Assembly: GCF_964213995.1 (NCBI RefSeq)
Contig: NC_135802.1
Coordinates: 90,086,001 to 90,150,000, forward strand
Source of the DNA: Mustelus asterias
Lineage: Eukaryota
Reading direction: 5' to 3'
DNA length: 64,000 nucleotides
This document shows, one piece after another, positions 61,261 through 64,000 of the stretch (positions are counted from its first letter, which is position 1; each line of letters opens with the position of its first letter). The notes beneath the pieces are model-generated. The model ran no database searches and was not told the DNA's origin. It saw only the letters and a program-made list of their open reading frames with translations. The position numbers and the translations under genes are program-made.

Positions 61261-62240
61261 CTGGTGAATACCTCCTACTATCAAACTACCTCCACCTTTT
61301 TTCCCTCTACTGCTAAACCACCCCTGAAAATATCCCAAAGTATTCCAAGAAACATTGCAATAGAAAAAAATTCCAGGAAATTACCTGTAAGTAGGATGCA
61401 TGGTTTTTTAATTAATGCTAGTACAGGGCCCATCTTGCAGTCTCAATCTTTTTTTTTCTTGAGTGAACAATGAAGAGTCTGTTATCATGCGTGTTGCCCA
61501 AAATTGGGATACTGCAGTCACATCATATCAGCTGGTTGAGCAATGTGAAGACAGGATAGTGCCAAATCAGTGTCTTCCAACATTCTTATCCTCAAATAAT
61601 CCTGCAAGGACCACGCATGGAAAGCAGGACAAGGCTGAACAAAGCAGTTTTTGCACCGTTATCCTAAATTCTCACCTTTACACTTTTCCTTAATGCGTAC
61701 ATGGCACGAGTTTACACATCACTGAATTCAGAAGGATTTAGTGCTTCAACAACAGCTTGTATTTATTCTAAATATTTATGTAAAAAGAAACTTAAAGGCA
61801 GGAAATTAGCATTAAACTCATGTTCTCTCTTTATACATCAATCTGTGCAGACACTTAATATGAATCTCAAGTCAACAAACATTATTTTAAAACAAATTAA
61901 TATACAAGGATGTTAAGTTGTTTAAAATTCCAAAACAATGGGACATGTTACAATTGAGTTTCTAAGATCTCTTCAGTGCAATATGAAAATATTTTAACAA
62001 AAACATTTTCCCCCAAATTTACTTCTGTATTCAAAATAATAAAATGCTATAAGATAATGGGTATAGTGCCACTAAGTTATTGTCAAATCTGTCTCATGTC
62101 CTTAATTGGTGATATAACAACCATCAACAGAAGATTGGAGGATGGTAAATGTTGTGCCTTTGTTTAAGAAGGGCTGCAGGGAAAAGCTTGGGAACTACAG
62201 GCCAGTGAGCCTAATGTCTGTAGTGAGTAAGTTGTTAAAG

Positions 62241-62509
62241 TTTATTTATTAGTCACAAGTAATTAACACTGCAATGAAGTTACTGTGAAATTCCCCCAGT
62301 CGCCATAGTCCGGTGCCTGTTCAGATTCAATGCACCTAACTAGCATGTCTTTCAGACTGTGGTAGGAAACCAGAGCACCCAGAGGAAACCCATGCTGACA
62401 TGGGGAGAACATGCAAACTCCACACAGACAGTGACCCAAGCCGGGAGTCGAACCCTGGTCCCTGGCACTGTGAAGCAGCAGTGCTAACCACTGTGCTACC
62501 ATGCCGCCC
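62241..62509 (-). mobile_element. HE1-head SINE variant with a non-CR1 tail
   Basis: Head and core match HE1; the 3' 90 nt differ from the other copies. Confidence 0.85.
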
Positions 62510-63070
62510 CGCTGTAAGAAGGTATTCTTGGTAGGTTGTTGCATAAGGTTAAATCTCTCAGGATCCAGGGCGAGGTAGCCAATTGGATACAAAATTGGCT
62601 TAATGACAGAAGACAGAGAGGGTTGTTTTTCAAACTGGAGGCCTGTGACCAGCAGTGTGCGACTGGATGTGCCCGAGAGATCGATGCTGGGTCCACTGAT
62701 ATTTGTCATTTATTTAAATAATTTGAATGGGAATTTAGGGGGCATGGTTAGTAAGTTTGCAGATGACACCAAGGTTGGTGGCATAGTAAAGAAGGTTATA
62801 TAGAATTGCAATGGGATCTTGATCAATTGGACCAGGTGAGCCGATGAATGGCAGATGGAGTTTAATTTGGATAGAAAATGCGAGATGATGCATTTTGGTA
62901 GATCAAACCAGGGCAGGACTTACTCAGTTAATGGTAGGGGGTTGGGGAGAATCATAGCACAAAGAGATCCATGGGTACAGGTTCATTGCTCCTTGAAAGT
63001 GCAGTCATAGATGGACAGGGTGGTGAAGAAGGCATTTGGCATGCTTGGTTTCATTGGTCAGAACATTGAA

Positions 63071-63543
63071 AGAGTTTTAACAACACCAGGTTAAAGTCCC
63101 AACAGGTTCATTTGGTAGCAAATGCCACTAGCTTTCAGAGCGCTGTTCCTTCGTCGGATGGAGTGGAAATCTGCTCTCAAACAGGGCACAGAGACACAAA
63201 ATCAAGTTACAGAATACTGATTAGAATGCGAATCTCTACAGCCAACCAGGTCTTAAAGATACAGACAATGTGAATGGAGGGAGCATTAAGCACAGGTTAA
63301 AGAGATGTGTATTGTCTCCAGACAGGACAGCCAGTGAGATTCTGCAAGTCGAGGAGGTAAGCTGTGAGGGTTACTGATAGTGTGACATAAACCCAACATC
63401 CCGGTTTAGGCTGTCCTCATGTGTACGGAACTTGGCTATCAGTTTCTGCTCAGCGACTCTGCGCTTTTGGACTGTTGGACTTTAACCTGGTGTTGTTAAA
63501 ACTCTTACTGTGTTCACCCCAGTCCAACGCCGGCATCTCCACA
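63071..63543 (-). mobile_element. PLE family A 3' fragment with an inverted tail-bearing pLTR piece
   Basis: Minus strand RVAEQKLIAKFRTHEDSLNRDVGFMSHY; degenerate hammerhead at about 63126-63160; 13-bp TSD TCAGAACATTGAA at 63058-63070 and 63544-63556. Confidence 0.9.
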
Positions 63544-64000
63544 TCAGAACATTGAATACAGGAGTTGGGATGTCTTGTTGAAGTTGTACAAGACATTGGC
63601 AAGGTCACCCTTGGAATACTGTGTACAGTTTTGGTCACCCTATTATAGAAAGGGGATTATTAAACTAGAAAGAGTGCAGAAAAGATTTACTAGGATGCTA
63701 CCAGAACTTGATGGTTTGAGTTATAAGGAGAGGCTGGATAGACTGGGACTTTTTTCCCTGGATCATAGGAGGCTTAGGGGTGATTTATAGAGGTCTATAA
63801 AATAATGAGGTGCATAGATCAGCTAGTCAATATCTTTTCCCAAAGATAGGGGAGTCTAAAACTAGAGGGCATAGGTTTAAGGTGAGAGTGCAGAGGGGCA
63901 ATTTTTTCATAGAGGTTGGTGAGTGTCTAGAATGAGCTGCCAGAGGCAATAGTACAATTTTATCTTTTAAAAAGCATTTAGAAAGTTAAATGGGTAAGAT

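Larger units (their letters stand above)
62120..64000 (+). mobile_element. CR1 RT-to-3' region with nested SINE and PLE, runs off the window
   Basis: Same subfamily as 24480-25945 and 46425-47577. Confidence 0.92.

Overview
Eukaryotic, repeat-dense vertebrate DNA. The HE1/V-SINEs, Deu-domain SINEs and CR1 families point to an elasmobranch (shark). The only host gene I can support is the 5' part of an aryl hydrocarbon receptor gene (AHR, AHR1-type) on the + strand: CpG island at about 34.9-35.9 kb, coding exon 1 at 35712-35767, a 20.3-kb intron, and bHLH exon 2 at 56078-56265. I found no exon 3 in the window. Almost everything else recognisable is transposable-element DNA, often nested: many CR1 LINE copies (one with an uninterrupted 642-aa RT ORF), L2-, RTE-, Rex1/Babar- and Tx1-type remnants, tRNA-derived SINEs, Harbinger fossils and MITEs, and two Penelope-like element (PLE) families carrying minimal hammerhead ribozyme motifs. 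A full-length Gypsy LTR element sits about 1 kb upstream of the AHR CpG island. The most unusual signals are: (i) the Gypsy element has no tRNA primer-binding site, and the sequence in its place is complementary to the poly(A)-signal region of its own LTR; (ii) a recurrent class of miniature fold-back PLE insertions with 13-14 bp target duplications; (iii) an HE1-type SINE with a Rex1-like tail in place of the CR1 tail; (iv) a tandem YY1-motif array inside the Gypsy gag-pro region. Boundaries of old repeats are approximate and family names come from motif recognition, not database searches.
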